A stretch of 62,645 bases of DNA, filler included, from Rhabdomonas costata (lineage: Eukaryota): the NCBI GenBank assembly GCA_019059605.1. It is 35 parts of 35 records of this genome, joined end to end, with 100 filler letters (N's around TTAATTAATTAA, not from the genome) between each part and the next. Parts side by side here need not be neighbours in the genome. Positions count along the whole stretch, not along the records: positions 23,319 to 25,015 come from JAHMHO010010569.1; positions 25,116 to 26,808 come from JAHMHO010010570.1; positions 26,909 to 28,601 come from JAHMHO010010571.1; positions 28,702 to 30,387 come from JAHMHO010010572.1; positions 30,488 to 32,180 come from JAHMHO010010573.1; positions 32,281 to 33,972 come from JAHMHO010010574.1; positions 34,073 to 35,765 come from JAHMHO010010575.1; positions 35,866 to 37,567 come from JAHMHO010010576.1; 27 more parts are not named here. One strand, given 5' to 3'. This document shows positions 23,663 through 36,210 of the stretch, piece by piece (positions within the stretch are counted from its first letter, which is position 1; every line of letters starts with the position of its first letter). The notes below the pieces were generated by a model. That model saw only the letters and a list, made by a program, of their open reading frames with translations, made no database searches and had not been told where the DNA came from. Position numbers and translations under genes: made by a program.

Positions 23663-24454
23663 CTAAAACACAGCCACCAGCAGGTGGGGGGAGGAGGGGG
23701 CAGAAAACCGATGAAAATGGTCGCTTGCGCCGGGAAATATCTCCTCTGCTCAGGTGAGTGCGCAGTGTCCTCTATCTACCATACATCGCAACGTTGACTG
23801 TACATCGCCAGAAAAACGAACTCAAATATGGCAAAGGAAAAACTCGCCATTAGCATGGGGGACACAATTTACAATGTGAGACTCATTTGCGGTTTCAAAA
23901 ATCTCGTGATTCAAAAGGTGGCTGTTCCACAGTACCTTCCGCTGGTCACTTTCAAGGCAACACAATTATTGCCAAACCGTCGGAGTAGGGGGGGGAGGGC
24001 GGACCTGCCCGCAGAGCAGCAAAAGCTTCTTGGAGTTTAGCCACAGCGCGACAGCAGCGATGTACCACATTCCCACCGTAAGCAGACCCCGCTGCAGAAG
24101 AATGCCGATCCGGCTGAAGTTCCGAGCTCCGAAGGCCTTACCAATAAATACACCCACCCAAACTACACATTGCAAAAGCCTTTGCTCCCAACCAGCCCCG
24201 ACAAGAATCAAAGCATGGGGGCAAAAAAAACTCACTCCTGCCGCCTTCTCTTTGCAGTTGGGGTGCTGGCTCTGTGGTATCCGGGTTCGTGTATTCGGAC
24301 CCTCCTGAGGTGTCTGGGAGAGAGCGGTGCCCGGTGGAACCTTGGGGCGTGTTGTCTTTGCCGGAGTTTGTGTATTGCTCGGATTGTGCCCGCCTACGTG
24401 AGTGCGTCCGTGACGTACGTGCAAGGCTTGCCATTATCGCTCTCCTTCACTTGC

Positions 24455-25010
24455 GTGTGTGTGTGTGTGTGTGTGTGTTGGGCGCATTGCGCGCTGGCTG
24501 TTGCCTGGTTGACTGGTTGACTGGTTGACTGGTTGGTGGTGACCACTGGGGACTGACTGGCGCACGCGCTGTTGGCCGCGGGTGCTCGCGACAGGTGCCG
24601 TTGGAGCGAACGGTGCCGTGGGGAACCGAAAACGGCTCGTCACGGAAAGTTCCACATCTGGTAACCTCCCTTCTGCCCCACGGGTCCCGGGCCATTGCCG
24701 CACAGCTGCTCTTTTCCAGCGGCTACCTGCATTGCTCCATTGCGGCTCAGGTCTCTGCGATCCACACTCCTTCCTTGGGGGGCTGGGGTCTTTTCTCGCG
24801 GGAACGGCCCTTGGAGCTTTTCCTTCGGATGGGTGAACGGGCAGTACCGGTATCTGCAGGCGTCGCCGTGCCAGCACCCCACCGCCGAACGTTCCACCTC
24901 TGGTGACCTCCCTTCTGCCCCACGGGTCCCGGGCCATTGTTGCGCAGCTGCTCTTTTCCAGCGGCTACCTGCATTGCTCCATTGCGGCTTAGATCTCTGC
25001 GATCCACACC
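24455..25010 (-). repeat. Interspersed repeat family copy 1, with a (GT)12 end, (GGTTGACT)n and an internal ~120-bp duplication
   Basis: 24478-24661 is the reverse complement of 26920-27107 at high identity. 24649-24768 recurs at 24891-25010 (offset 242). Confidence 0.9.
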
Positions 25011-25227
25011 ACCCCNNNNNNNNNNNNNNNNNNNNNNNNNNNNNNNNNNNNNNNNNNNNTTAATTAATTAANNNNNNNNNNNNNNNNNNNNNNNNNNNNN
25101 NNNNNNNNNNNNNNNGGTTGGGTGTGAAGCACTTGTGCCGAAAAAAGAACTATATCTGAATGTTTTTTTTGGCGAACCCTTCTCCCCCCTTTTCTGGGGG
25201 CAGTCGGAGGAGTAACTCAGGCTTGAC

Positions 25228-26738
25228 CTGCTTTTCATTGTAACTTGCTTCGTTGAAACGAATGAAATCCAGTTGCTCTACCTCCTCGGGTTCCCCAGGG
25301 CGGGTTTGCCGCTGTCTGGTGGGCCAGCCGTGTGCTGCCCACGGTCGGGATTTTTCTGCCGCCTCTAATCCCCCTGGCAACGGGCTACCCCTCCCGGACA
25401 TGTTGCCTCTGCCCTGCAATTCACACCGTTCCAGGAGCCTTCCCAGGCGTACCCAGTGGTGAGCCAATACCTGTGGCGGTGGACAAAGGGGGAAATGGCA
25501 CACGGCTTCAGCCTTCCCTCGACTTGCGCAGCAGCTCGTGTCAGCGCCATGATGGGATGTCCAGCCAAGTTATTGCGGCAGCGTTTCTGTTCCTTCCAGC
25601 GCCTCGGGCGCACGCGTTTTCTTCTGCCCCGTTCACCTGTGCTCACTCCATTACAGCTCACTGCAGAACGTGATCGTGCATGTTGAGCGGTTTCACCTCG
25701 ACAAGGTACCTGGTCCGGTGCCTATCCGTTTCCTGGAGGAGGACAGACCGTGGTGGTGGTGTAATCGGCTCCATTGCTTGACTAATCCTTTGCAAGATGT
25801 CCCGAATTCCATTCCGGTGCGGGAGGTACCCTCGCCACGCATGCTGAGCATTCTCCGGCATAGCGACCGTCAGCCGCACAGAAGCCAGAAGCCCTCTGCC
25901 TGTTGTCAGGACCCCTTTCTGCCCCGCCGCTGGATGGAGAACGACCGCTCTGCTCCATCCTCAGAAGCCGTCATTTCCTCACAGCGCCCAATGTATCGGT
26001 GTCCCCTGTGCAGCTCTCGCAGCTGGTCCCACCTGGACCCCATGCTCAAACATAGCGTTTTCTTCTCGCATCTAGAGGTTGAGGTTGTTTGTTCGCATGA
26101 GGCCACTAGTGTAAAACTAAAACTCGTCTGATGGACACACCGGAGTGTGAGTGTATCGACTCACAAAAGGAACGGTTGCGACGGGCTGGGGTTGCTGGTC
26201 CGTGTAAACAGAGCTATAGAGGCGCTTTCTTGAAGGCAGAGCAGGAGGAGGGGCTGGAACGCCCGTCAGCTGCACAGGAGACGAAATGTGGTCAGAAAGC
26301 GGGGAAGCTGCGGGAAAGAAAAAGAAGTCGGCGGAAAATCACTATGGAAAAAATGACGGAAAAATGACCCTCGCCCACACCAATCTGGTTTTTGAACTAC
26401 CTGAGGTGGCTACGACGGGCACAGCATGGAGGAAAACCGGTGGGCTCAGGCCGTATGCACGCCCAGACTTCCTTTTTTTATCCCCGCAAGAAAAAGAAAA
26501 CAAAAAGCACAATCCATGAAGGCCACGGCTTGGGTCAGAGTAACTTGCACACCTGGGCCTCGTCGGCGTGCGCCAATGGGCAGTTGTTCGAGAAGAGGCT
26601 TTGACTGAGTTCTGCGTACTGCGAAGAGGATGCCAGGCGCCACAGAAAGCTGTCAAGAGTGCTTCCCGTGATCTGTGACGCAGGTTCCCATGACTCATCG
26701 GCCAAATGCTTCAGCAATAACTGCTCCAGATCAGACAT
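25228..26738 (-). CDS. Putative multi-exon hypothetical protein
   Basis: Several GC-rich coding-like segments lie on the same strand, some ending in CAG|GT (MSDLEQLLLKHLADESW...DEAQ|; ...RYLVEVKPLNMHDHVLQ; VLAHHWVRLGRLLE...YNEKQ|). No family recognised and the exon chain is not fully resolved. Confidence 0.35.
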
Positions 26739-26919
26739 AGCTTGCCCACAAAAGACAGAACAAAACCTGCCCACAAAAACACAAAAACACATGAGGGGAC
26801 ACCAACAANNNNNNNNNNNNNNNNNNNNNNNNNNNNNNNNNNNNNNNNNNNNTTAATTAATTAANNNNNNNNNNNNNNNNNNNNNNNNNNNNNNNNNNNN
26901 NNNNNNNNGGGTGTTTTTA

Positions 26920-27107
26920 CCAGATCTGGAACGTTCGGCGGTGAGCCGGTTTCGGTTCCCCACGGCACTGTTCGCTCCAGCGGCACCTCTCGCGAGCACA
27001 GAGCACACGTGGCCAACGGCGCGTGCGCCAGTCAGTCCACAGTGGTCACTAACAACCAGTCAACCAGTCAACCAGGCAACAGCCACCGCGCAATGCGCCC
27101 AACACAC
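26920..27107 (+). repeat. Interspersed repeat family copy 2
   Basis: Shares ...TTTCGGTTCCCCACGGCAC.GTTCGCTCCA.CGGCACCT.TCGCGAGCAC...GCGCGTGCGCCAGTCAGTCC.CAGTGGTCAC...(CAACCAGT)n CAACCAGGCAACAGCCA.CGCGCAATGCGCCCAACACAC with the reverse complement of 24478-24661. Confidence 0.9.
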
Positions 27108-30100
27108 ATGGCGCCTTGGCGCGGTGTGCTGTGGCGTATCCTTGTGCTGCTTGTTCTGCACACCTGTTGGTTTTTTGGCGCGTTCACGGTGCTGCTGTTC
27201 GTGCTGGACGACACGACACACACACACAGTCAGTATGTCCCAGGTCCCAACATAAGTTTGGACGAAAACGCGTGCCAACAGGAGCGCGACATTTTAAGTA
27301 AAAAACTAAACCCTGACTACGCACGCACACACGGAAAGACGCCAACACGAGTATGGAAGCCTGACGGCAGGGGGAGGAACCTACAAGTACCAAGCTGCCT
27401 ATGCGAAGACCCGAGCAGAGATCACGGGAAAGAACGAATGGTAAATGCAAATGAAACATATCAGCACCAGAGCAATTGCAAAGAGCCATAACCGCCTCCC
27501 TCCCCTCGCATCATATGCAAGACTTGAAAGACAGCAAAATAAACACGCGTTGAACGTTGCGTCTTCAAGGGTGCCGTTCTCCTCCAGACGACCGTGCATA
27601 TAGGAGCCTTATCTTACCATCAGCGTGAATAGTCGCTGAGGAAGCCTCCAAAGAAGAGGTTATCTGAGAGAGAGTGAGAGAGGGCTGAAATTGGCTGCTG
27701 CGCGGCTATACTTAGCGGCGCTGCAACCCCTGCAGATGCCGCTGCTGCTTTACACAACCGTAGGAAAGGTGCCTTTCATCAAGAGAAGGCCTGAGCCCCT
27801 CCCCCTTCAGTGTATTTGAAAGGTCTCAGTGCCGACGCAAGGTGTCCAATTACGAGTTGGAAAACCGATAGGGGCAGATGTTGTCGGGCTTTTGCTCTCA
27901 TGTGCTGAACCTGCGCTCTCTGCAGCAAACTCTTCGCCCCTTTTCACCGCTGCCTGCATCCCAAGAGACGGCCTTTTCCGTTTTAGACGATCCCAAGAGA
28001 CGGCCTTTCCCATTTGCGCGAGTGCGTGAGGTCTTCTTTGCAAAATGGATGCTGCCGCTGCAGGTTACTGCAATGCTGGGTGGGGCGTGGGAATGGGGGC
28101 GCGTCTTTGGTGCGCAATGAATGCCCCGCTCTCAGAAAGCTCTCACAGTCACAGATATTACGCATTGTTATGGAGATTGTTACCGGAAGGTTTTGAAACA
28201 TACACCTCCCTGCTGTTCATTCTCACGATACGGCTGGGAAGTGGTCCACGTTCTACAGGTTCCACAGTGGCATTGCGGGAACGTGTAGCAGTGCTGTAAG
28301 ACCAAAGAGGGTTCTTTTAGTCGTTTCTTTTTTAAGGGCACGGTGGCTGGGAAATTTTTACCATCATAGGGTCATTTGGCAAAAACGGAAATAAAAAAGG
28401 GCGTGCATCGGACAAAATCGCCCCCCGCTCCTCGTCCAACAAACTGGAAACACTGTGCAAGTTCCGTTGTGTCGTACTGCCATGAACCAACATAGAAAAT
28501 TGTGGGATCCCAAAACGGACAAAAGAGGAAAAATAGGGCCAAAATGGAGGCATGTTCAAAATTGGGGAGGCGTGCAACGTTAATTTCCCTTAAACGTTTA
28601 CNNNNNNNNNNNNNNNNNNNNNNNNNNNNNNNNNNNNNNNNNNNNTTAATTAATTAANNNNNNNNNNNNNNNNNNNNNNNNNNNNNNNNNNNNNNNNNNN
28701 NGTGTTTTTGTACTGGCCGTTTTGTTGGTCAGGCGATAATCTATCGAAAAAAGCCTCAACTCGTGAAAACTGGCGACTTGACCAGCCCAGGATTCACGAG
28801 TTGAGGCTCTTTTCGATAGATTATCGCCTGACCAACAAAACGGCCAGTACAAAAAAGTACAAAAAGTACAGCCTACTGCACTTTGATGATCCTCTCTTCG
28901 CTGCCTTCTTTTCTGCATGGCTTCGGCTTTGAAAGTGATTTTGCAGATTAAATAACGTCGGAGATTTTGATGAAAACTGTTTGTCATGTACCCATCCTTG
29001 AAAAACACCCTTCTCGTCGTAAATCCCGCTTTGAGCCGTACATCGTCTCCCACTGCTTAGCAGCGTCCGCCCTTACCACCAGATATTCTAGGAAACCCTG
29101 CAGCGCGAATCCCGACGGCGGAGCTCCGCGCTCTCCCTGACTTCTTCCTCGAGCCCCTCGTGAACACCCAGGGCAGTGCAGGAAGGTCAACTGGCGAATC
29201 GCGTGCTGGCTCTCGAGGAGCCATTTCTGTCCTGGAATTTGTGAGTGCATCGTTTCTGTGCCTGGCAGGTGTACTTCCATGAGAAATCGCTTCATTCCTT
29301 TTTGCAGTGACCAACAAATCAACATATCAGGACAATAAAAAATCGCGTTCTACAGAAGATAAAAAAGGTAAGAGGGGTGATGTGCCCTTTTTCCATTGGT
29401 TTCCGAGTGATATTATTGAACTGAAAGGACTGCCAGTGCAGCAAAGCCATCGCCACTTATATGTACTCTTTGAGAATTTCGTGGGGGTCGAAATCTCTCC
29501 CAGCACTGTGAAAGGAGAGTGGTAACCTGCGGTTACATGCTTTGACAAAGACCTGACCACGCGGTCTTGCGCGTAGAGGTTTCGGTTCACGTTTTGTCAA
29601 CCTGTCAATTTGCAGCCACGTCTTGTTCAATGACCCTCTCGTTATAGGCTTGCTCCATTTAATCAACTAAAAATGCAACACTACGAATTGTGAGAGAATT
29701 TCGAGCTGAAAGAGCCCTCCAATATGTTCCCCGTGGTTTTTTATATGTTCTCCGTCAGCGAATTGCAACTCTTCGAAAAGTCGCTCTGATGCTGGGAGAA
29801 GAATGGAAGCTGCGAGTTACAGAATACCGTCACAATTGGACAGTAATTCCTTGTAGATTGTGCTTTCGTTAGCTGACGGAGGATCTTTCGCCAGTGAGCT
29901 GCGCGAAACTCGAAAGCTATGAGCAGATTCGCTGGACCGCGACAGGCCCCTGGAGGGGTAGCAGCCTCGCGGCGGTTTGGTGACCGACGGGAACCAAGAC
30001 GTACTCACGAGGAGCTCAGCGCTTAGCCATTCAATGGGAGATGAGCGCCCCACCGAGGGCGGTTCGCTAGGACCTAGCAAGTTCGTTCCTCCATTGCTGC

Positions 30101-30651
30101 CTGGGCGAGTGTGAAGAACCGACTTCACTGCCAGGCTACCGGAATGGACGCTCCGTCAGGGAACCTGGAACAAATGCCGTTGGAACGTCCGCTCGGTCTA
30201 AACCTGGTGTATGAATTCGAAGAGCAATTCCGCCGGATGGCGCCCACATTTCCGGACCCCATTCCCGGCGGTAGCTGAGAATTACAGGAAAAAGGCCCCA
30301 GCAAGAAGCGGCGGATGGCAGCGGTGTGGAGTTCTGCTGGACTTGAAATGCCAATCAGCACCTCCAAGGGCTGAGGCCAACCCCCACNNNNNNNNNNNNN
30401 NNNNNNNNNNNNNNNNNNNNNNNNNNNNNNNTTAATTAATTAANNNNNNNNNNNNNNNNNNNNNNNNNNNNNNNNNNNNNNNNNNNNGTGTTTTTTTGAG
30501 AGAGAATTAATCCTTGCCATGCCCTGGGGGGCTGTTTTAAACTTCGGCAGACTCCTCTTTCTCCTTTTTACGCTCGTTACAGCAGATTTACAGTGCTAAA
30601 AAGGAGGACAAAGATACACCACAAACGGCTCAAATCGGCGTAAAGGGGGTT

Positions 30652-30998
30652 TTTCGGCACCCCGACCTCAAAAACGTAAAGTTGGGTCGAATTCCGGGAG
30701 GTCGAATTTTCACCCCATTTCGGACCTAGTCAGTGGACCCCGTTGGGCCAAGTGAATTACAAAATCACGGAGCATGCCCTCAAAAACAGGGTGCCAGTAT
30801 CCATTGGGATGTAACAAGCACACACAACTGTACAGCGGTGCTGCGGGCGGTCTGTGGTGTTCTATGCATGCGGGGGGGTGTTGGGTTGCATGCCAGCTGG
30901 TCTTCGGGGTCGGCTCTTGTGCAGTCATTTCGCACCCCCGACCTCAAAACCGAAAGTTGGGTCTATTTTCGGGTGGTCGATTTTGACTCCATAGACCC
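30652..30998 (+). repeat. Imperfect ~70-bp direct repeat pair (about 30652-30722 and 30928-30998)
   Basis: The core CCCCGACCTCAAAA.CG.AA(A)GTTGGGTC..TT.CGGG.GGTCGA.TTT is present twice, about 276 bp apart. Confidence 0.7.
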
Positions 30999-31281
30999 CT
31001 ATTGGACCCATTTTGGATTACCTTTAGAATTGTCTGTTTGTTGCTGAACTCCGCTGCAAGAGCTGCTGCACCTGTGCCGCAGCGCCGTATTTTTTTCACC
31101 CAAAAATCCGCGTTGAAGGATTAAAATGGTCGATGCTCTTTCCGTGCTTCCCGCCCCTGAAAGAGGGAGTGATAGATCACTTTTTCACAATACGTTCATC
31201 TTTCGTTTAGTTCCGGGTTCCAATCGAATAAATAAAAACTGATATGCAAAAACACTTTTAGAAAACAAATAAATCGAACAC

Positions 31282-31441
31282 CTTTCCCAAAATACCACAT
31301 TGATCCCGCAACACAACCCATTGCAAAGGCTCCCCCGCAGTCGTCCATCACTCGAAAAGGGCATGGCTCTCTTCCCTTGATGAAGCTTTCCTGAGTAATA
31401 GATTGATCAAAGTGCTTTTCCCATCTCAACCAGTCGAACAT
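31282..31441 (-). CDS. TIM17: Mitochondrial inner membrane translocase subunit Tim17, first exon
   Basis: REPCPFRVMDDCGGAFAMGCVAGSMWYFGKG matches the Tim17-specific signature R(E/D)PCP.RI.DD.GGAF.MG. ATG at 31441; G|GT donor after 31282. Confidence 0.92.
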
Positions 31442-33392
31442 TTCTTCGCCACCCAAAGTTCCGACGTCAGTGCCCAAACCCGACCTATTTCTGTGAATTC
31501 CGGTTTTAGACCCTCGTTCCCAAAAAATGTGTTTCGTTAATACACGATAAAATAAAATTCTGTTGTTTGTATAAAATATACACTATGTTGTGTATAATTT
31601 TGAGTCATTTTTTGATTGCTAACAGTCTGATCCTCAGGTCTCTTGAAAAATGCAAAGGACCTCCGTCGAAGTCTCTCTACATTTTTTTCGCACTTATTTT
31701 GAACTAATGTTCGCCATTCATCTTGAGACACCTTGACAAGAGAGAGCGCCAAAGTGAAGAATACATATATAATAATATCCCCAGCACTGCAAACGAATAT
31801 GGTTCAATGGTTTTGCTTTCTTTGATGATCCAAACGGCGCTGTTCAAAAAACTGTTGGGTTGTATCAATCAATCATTCCTGGAGGGAAATAAGCTGGTTT
31901 CTTGCTTGCGCGGCTTGGCGCTTTCTTTTTTGTGGGAAGACTATGTACGTGAGGCACATGTGCTTGCACGCGTCTCGCAACGCGACAGCGAGGTTGGTTT
32001 GCGATGGTTCACTGCACGTCGTTGATATCATCCCCAAGCATCCCCAAAGGAACCGCGAAGGTGTTAAGGATGCGGTTCAGTTTGTTAAATGGCCCCCCTT
32101 TTTACAGCAACGCCATAATTTTTTAAGTGAAAAAACACATCATCATCACCGAAGTTCAGGAGTTCAGCAACAAACAAACCNNNNNNNNNNNNNNNNNNNN
32201 NNNNNNNNNNNNNNNNNNNNNNNNTTAATTAATTAANNNNNNNNNNNNNNNNNNNNNNNNNNNNNNNNNNNNNNNNNNNNGGGTGGGGTGCGCCATTCAT
32301 CTGAAACTTTTGCGACTTTTGTACGCGCTGGAAAAGTTGGGAAACGGAATGCAGACTTTTTCTCTGCCCCTTCGCCCCACTCCTTCATGCCCCCAACGCA
32401 GTTGAGCCTCAATCCGCTGCAGTGGAGGAGCCGGGGGTCCTTCCCTCGGAGGTGGAGACCTAACTCTGCGCTCAGTGAGGTCCGTATCTTCATTGCTCCA
32501 TCGTGTGTGCGGTTTCACTGTCAGACAACTATTTGAACCACACAGCGGGAGCCTATTAGTTTGGAAAGAGAGAATGAAAAGGATCGCGAAGAAACTGACG
32601 TTTCCCCCATCACGTGCCCATATTTTTTTTTTGTTGTAGTTGCTCTTTCGTCTCACTCAAGCGCGGATGCCAGGCGAAAAATCGAACAAAACGGAACTTT
32701 ATCGGTGAAACAATGGCTGTGAATGAAACAACTGCACAAGGCAATAACATTCTCTTTTCTTTTGGCGCCCCCCTCTTACTATTATGTCTTCAATATGACC
32801 CAGAAGATATCATACAGTCTGTATCTTTCCTCCCCTTGCCTTCTCCTGTTCCCCTGGCAAAATATCTCTATTTTTGTGACAAAACGCGAACACTTACCTT
32901 TTGTTAGGTTTTTGGGAGTAAAAACAGTCCTTCCGGATGTATGCACCAATTTGGGAAGCAACACAAATCGTGGTCACAACATACTTCGCGAAATGCTTTG
33001 TTGACCCCAAGGGGCATGTGTGCACAGGATGAATGATCGAAAACCACGGTTGAAGGGCAGCGGAGGGTAAAATGACGTATTTCAACTAAATTTTTCTGTC
33101 CTGAAGTTCCTTTGCTGTGAAGCCATTGCTGTTGGAAAACTTTGCTAGCCATGAGCATTGACCATTTCCTTGGTGGTGAAATAAACGTGTCAATATCGGT
33201 CCATTGTCCCGATAACTGCTGCCTTTGGAGTGGACTCCGCACTTTACGAAGCACTGGAGTGGCATCTGCCGTCATCGGTTTGGGGCAGTCATGAAAAGAA
33301 GTTGAATTCCGGGAAGACACAACCGAACTGTACGGAAAGATAATGAGACGCATCACAAAGAGGAGTATTGTGCTGTGACTTCATCCTCTCAG

Positions 33393-33560
33393 CTTTACTC
33401 GTTGAAGGTCAAGCCCACCACCCGACTGATCTGCGCCGTGCTTGTGCTTTCCTTCGTGATGGTGCTGGTGGTGGCCGCAATGGCGGTGGGCTTGGGCTGG
33501 GTTTCCACGCAGAGCACCATTCAAGCCTCGCTGACAAGAGAGCTACAGCTCGTAGCGAAG
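33393..33560 (+). CDS. Putative exon encoding a transmembrane helix (receptor-type protein N-terminus)
   Basis: AG acceptor at 33391-33392, followed by LICAVLVLSFVMVLVVAAMAVGLGWVSTQSTIQASLTRELQLVAK with exon-like codon usage. The family is not identifiable. Confidence 0.45.
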
Positions 33561-35017
33561 GCTGTGGGCTCGTTCAACGGGAAAAAGAGGGCGGTATGCG
33601 GAGGAAACGAGCGGCAGAAGGACGGTGTGGTATAACCTTTCGCTGGTAACAGTCTGACGAGGACCAGACCGCAGTTATGGGGCTGACAGAAGAATCCGCT
33701 CCCAAGCAAGCAGTGCACCCTTCCTCCAGTTCTGCGCTTCTCCACAAAAATTCAAAACGAATTCAAAATCCACATAAATTCTTCTTTTTTGTGGGCTTCA
33801 GTCGGCCACGAGCCGTGTGCCTAGCCCTGTACCGCGCCCTCAAGGGTGAGTAGCGCGACTACATTACGCAATTATTTGCCTCCATCCCCTAATGCTATCG
33901 TCACCTGCTAGACTATTGACCATGCGAATGGACTCTACCCTTTTAAGCTTGACACACACAACCCACACACACNNNNNNNNNNNNNNNNNNNNNNNNNNNN
34001 NNNNNNNNNNNNNNNNTTAATTAATTAANNNNNNNNNNNNNNNNNNNNNNNNNNNNNNNNNNNNNNNNNNNNGTCGAGGGAGTTCCTACACGGCTACCTT
34101 CATGCAAAGTTATAGGATTGCAGAAGAACGCTAACAATCGTTACTGTGATTTATCGGACCCTTTGGGCGATGTATGTCAGCCTTTCTTCTGGGCCTGAAA
34201 ATATGATGCATACAGAGTGCTCCCCTGGTCAGAAGAAGCTAGGTTGAGGATTTCAGGCACAATGGAGACAAGATAGCCCCCAGAAGAATGAACAGCAATT
34301 GACAAGCTGAGGATGGGTATGATGAGGGGACCGGAAGTCAGCGACCAAGATGCACGAGGAGCCGGCAGCGGAGGCCTCGGAGCAGCTCGTACCCAAGAAA
34401 CAGCAAAGTCTGACGTGATTTGCGCAGGCCGTTGAGAGCAGCAGATAAGGATCCAGAAAGGTCCAGAAGGTTCGTGCCCTGGCGAAGAAGGTTGGGCTTT
34501 CTGTTGTATGGAGAGCGTACCTGAGGATCCCAGGTTGAAGAAGAGTTGAAGAAAACCCACCCTGCGGTAACCAGCAGAGTGGGCGAGCATGGAGGGTTGC
34601 TCGAATTAGCTCGTTATTGAGGTTTCCTAAGAACCCCAGCCCAGCCGAAGAGGGGTGATCCGTACCCTGAGCTGGGGCCAGGCAGAGGGAGAGTATTTGA
34701 AAGTCCCAGGGGGGTGGGGGGCTGAAAGAACTGCACCAAAACCTTGCCTTGTGCACTGTGTGCGTATGCGTTGCCGATGAGCTTGGGTCTTTTTTCGTGT
34801 GGATTGTGCTGCTTACATTTGCCGTCGCTTAACACATTGGAGCCAACGTTTTTTCGTACCAAATTATGACGTTTTTGTCCTCCATGTTGCGAGGTTGTGG
34901 TTCCAATAGGACACCACGCGCGCACACACACGCACACACCACTTGTCATGTGAATAACGTTGGTGGTGCGGCTGTACAGCTGAGTATCTGCTCGTGTGTC
35001 TTTCACCCTAACCAAAG

Positions 35018-35188
35018 CCAACACCTGCACCCTGCCCGGCCCTATCACCACGGGCTACACGGCCACCTCCTGCTCGGGGCAGATCACGGCGGCGAGCTGT
35101 GTGGTGTCGTGTGCCTCGGGGTACACGGGCAGCCCTGTGGTGAGCTGCGCCTCGAACGGGGGCACGTTCACGCTATCGGGCTGCACTG
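35018..35188 (+). CDS. Cysteine-rich extracellular module (sushi/CCP-like), symmetric phase 1-1 exon
   Basis: NTCTLPGPITTGYTATSCSGQITAASCVVSCASGYTGSPVVSCASNGGTFTLSGCT has six Cys and a C-x3-C-x2-GY-x-G...C...F-x4-C pattern. The 171-nt exon has AG and GT borders. Confidence 0.7.
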
Positions 35189-36161
35189 GTGCGTTGAAGA
35201 GTTGGCGCGCACACGTTTGTGATGGAGTGCTTAAGTGCAGGAAGGTCGTTTTCTCTTTTCCTGAGCATATACTGCTTGTGCATGTCCAACGTGAGACATG
35301 GAAGGCTGTTTTTCCCTTTTGTACGTGACGGGGGAGGGGTGTAAGGATCTTGAGAAAAACGTCGTGAGGTTTGTTTTTGGAGGAGCAGCGTCAGGTACTT
35401 GCGTGGCCTGGGGGGTGTTCAATGGTTCAACAAGGACGTATTGCGGTGTCATCCCCAAACGCACACACTTAAAACGGATTTAAGCGGATCGTATGATGAC
35501 ACACGTATGCACATAGGATCTTGGAAAAAACCCCGTGAACATGTGCATCTACCTGCCCCCCTGCTCGCCTTCTATTCGAATCCCAACCCCCTGCCAGTCT
35601 ATGATTAGAATCCCAGGGGCATGTGAATCGCATCATAACTCCCTGTAAAACCTTGTGTTGAAATCCCAGGGAACATCCGCACCAACCTCTAACCTCCTGC
35701 CAGTCTTCGAGTCATATGGAGAGGTGCCAAAAAATTGCAGAGAGAGAGGGTCAGTAAAACCCAACNNNNNNNNNNNNNNNNNNNNNNNNNNNNNNNNNNN
35801 NNNNNNNNNTTAATTAATTAANNNNNNNNNNNNNNNNNNNNNNNNNNNNNNNNNNNNNNNNNNNNACAAGCAATCTGGGTGTGCGTGAATGCCGGGGTAT
35901 GTGTGTGTGGGGGGGGGTATGCAGTGGAAAAGAAAATGCAAACTAGCGGTGAGAGAGGGACAGTGCTGCTCAAGTCAAACACTATGGGGGGGGATTCATC
36001 ACAGGCCACGAAACGTATGTACCAGACTGGTTTTTCATGAGATTTCTTGGGGTTGGGGCTTAACTATAGCCCATCGAACTCGCAGGCGCCGTAGCAATGG
36101 TGCAGACGTGCAGATGTGCAGAATGTGCAGATGAAGGCACAAAATACGGGAAATGGACAAC

Positions 36162-36162
<1 letters not shown>

Positions 36163-36210
<48 letters not shown>
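36163..36210. repeat. (CAA)16 microsatellite
   Basis: Read directly; it explains the poly-Q/N/T/V/L/C pseudo-ORFs in the track. Confidence 0.97.

Noticed and set aside
28890-29670. Stop-riddled minus-strand frame ending ...KQFSSKSPTLFNLQNHFQSRSHAEKK, a possible zinc finger of a decayed transposon
   Set aside because: The Cys pair is absent and no transposase motif is visible. It needs a TBLASTX search to be claimed.
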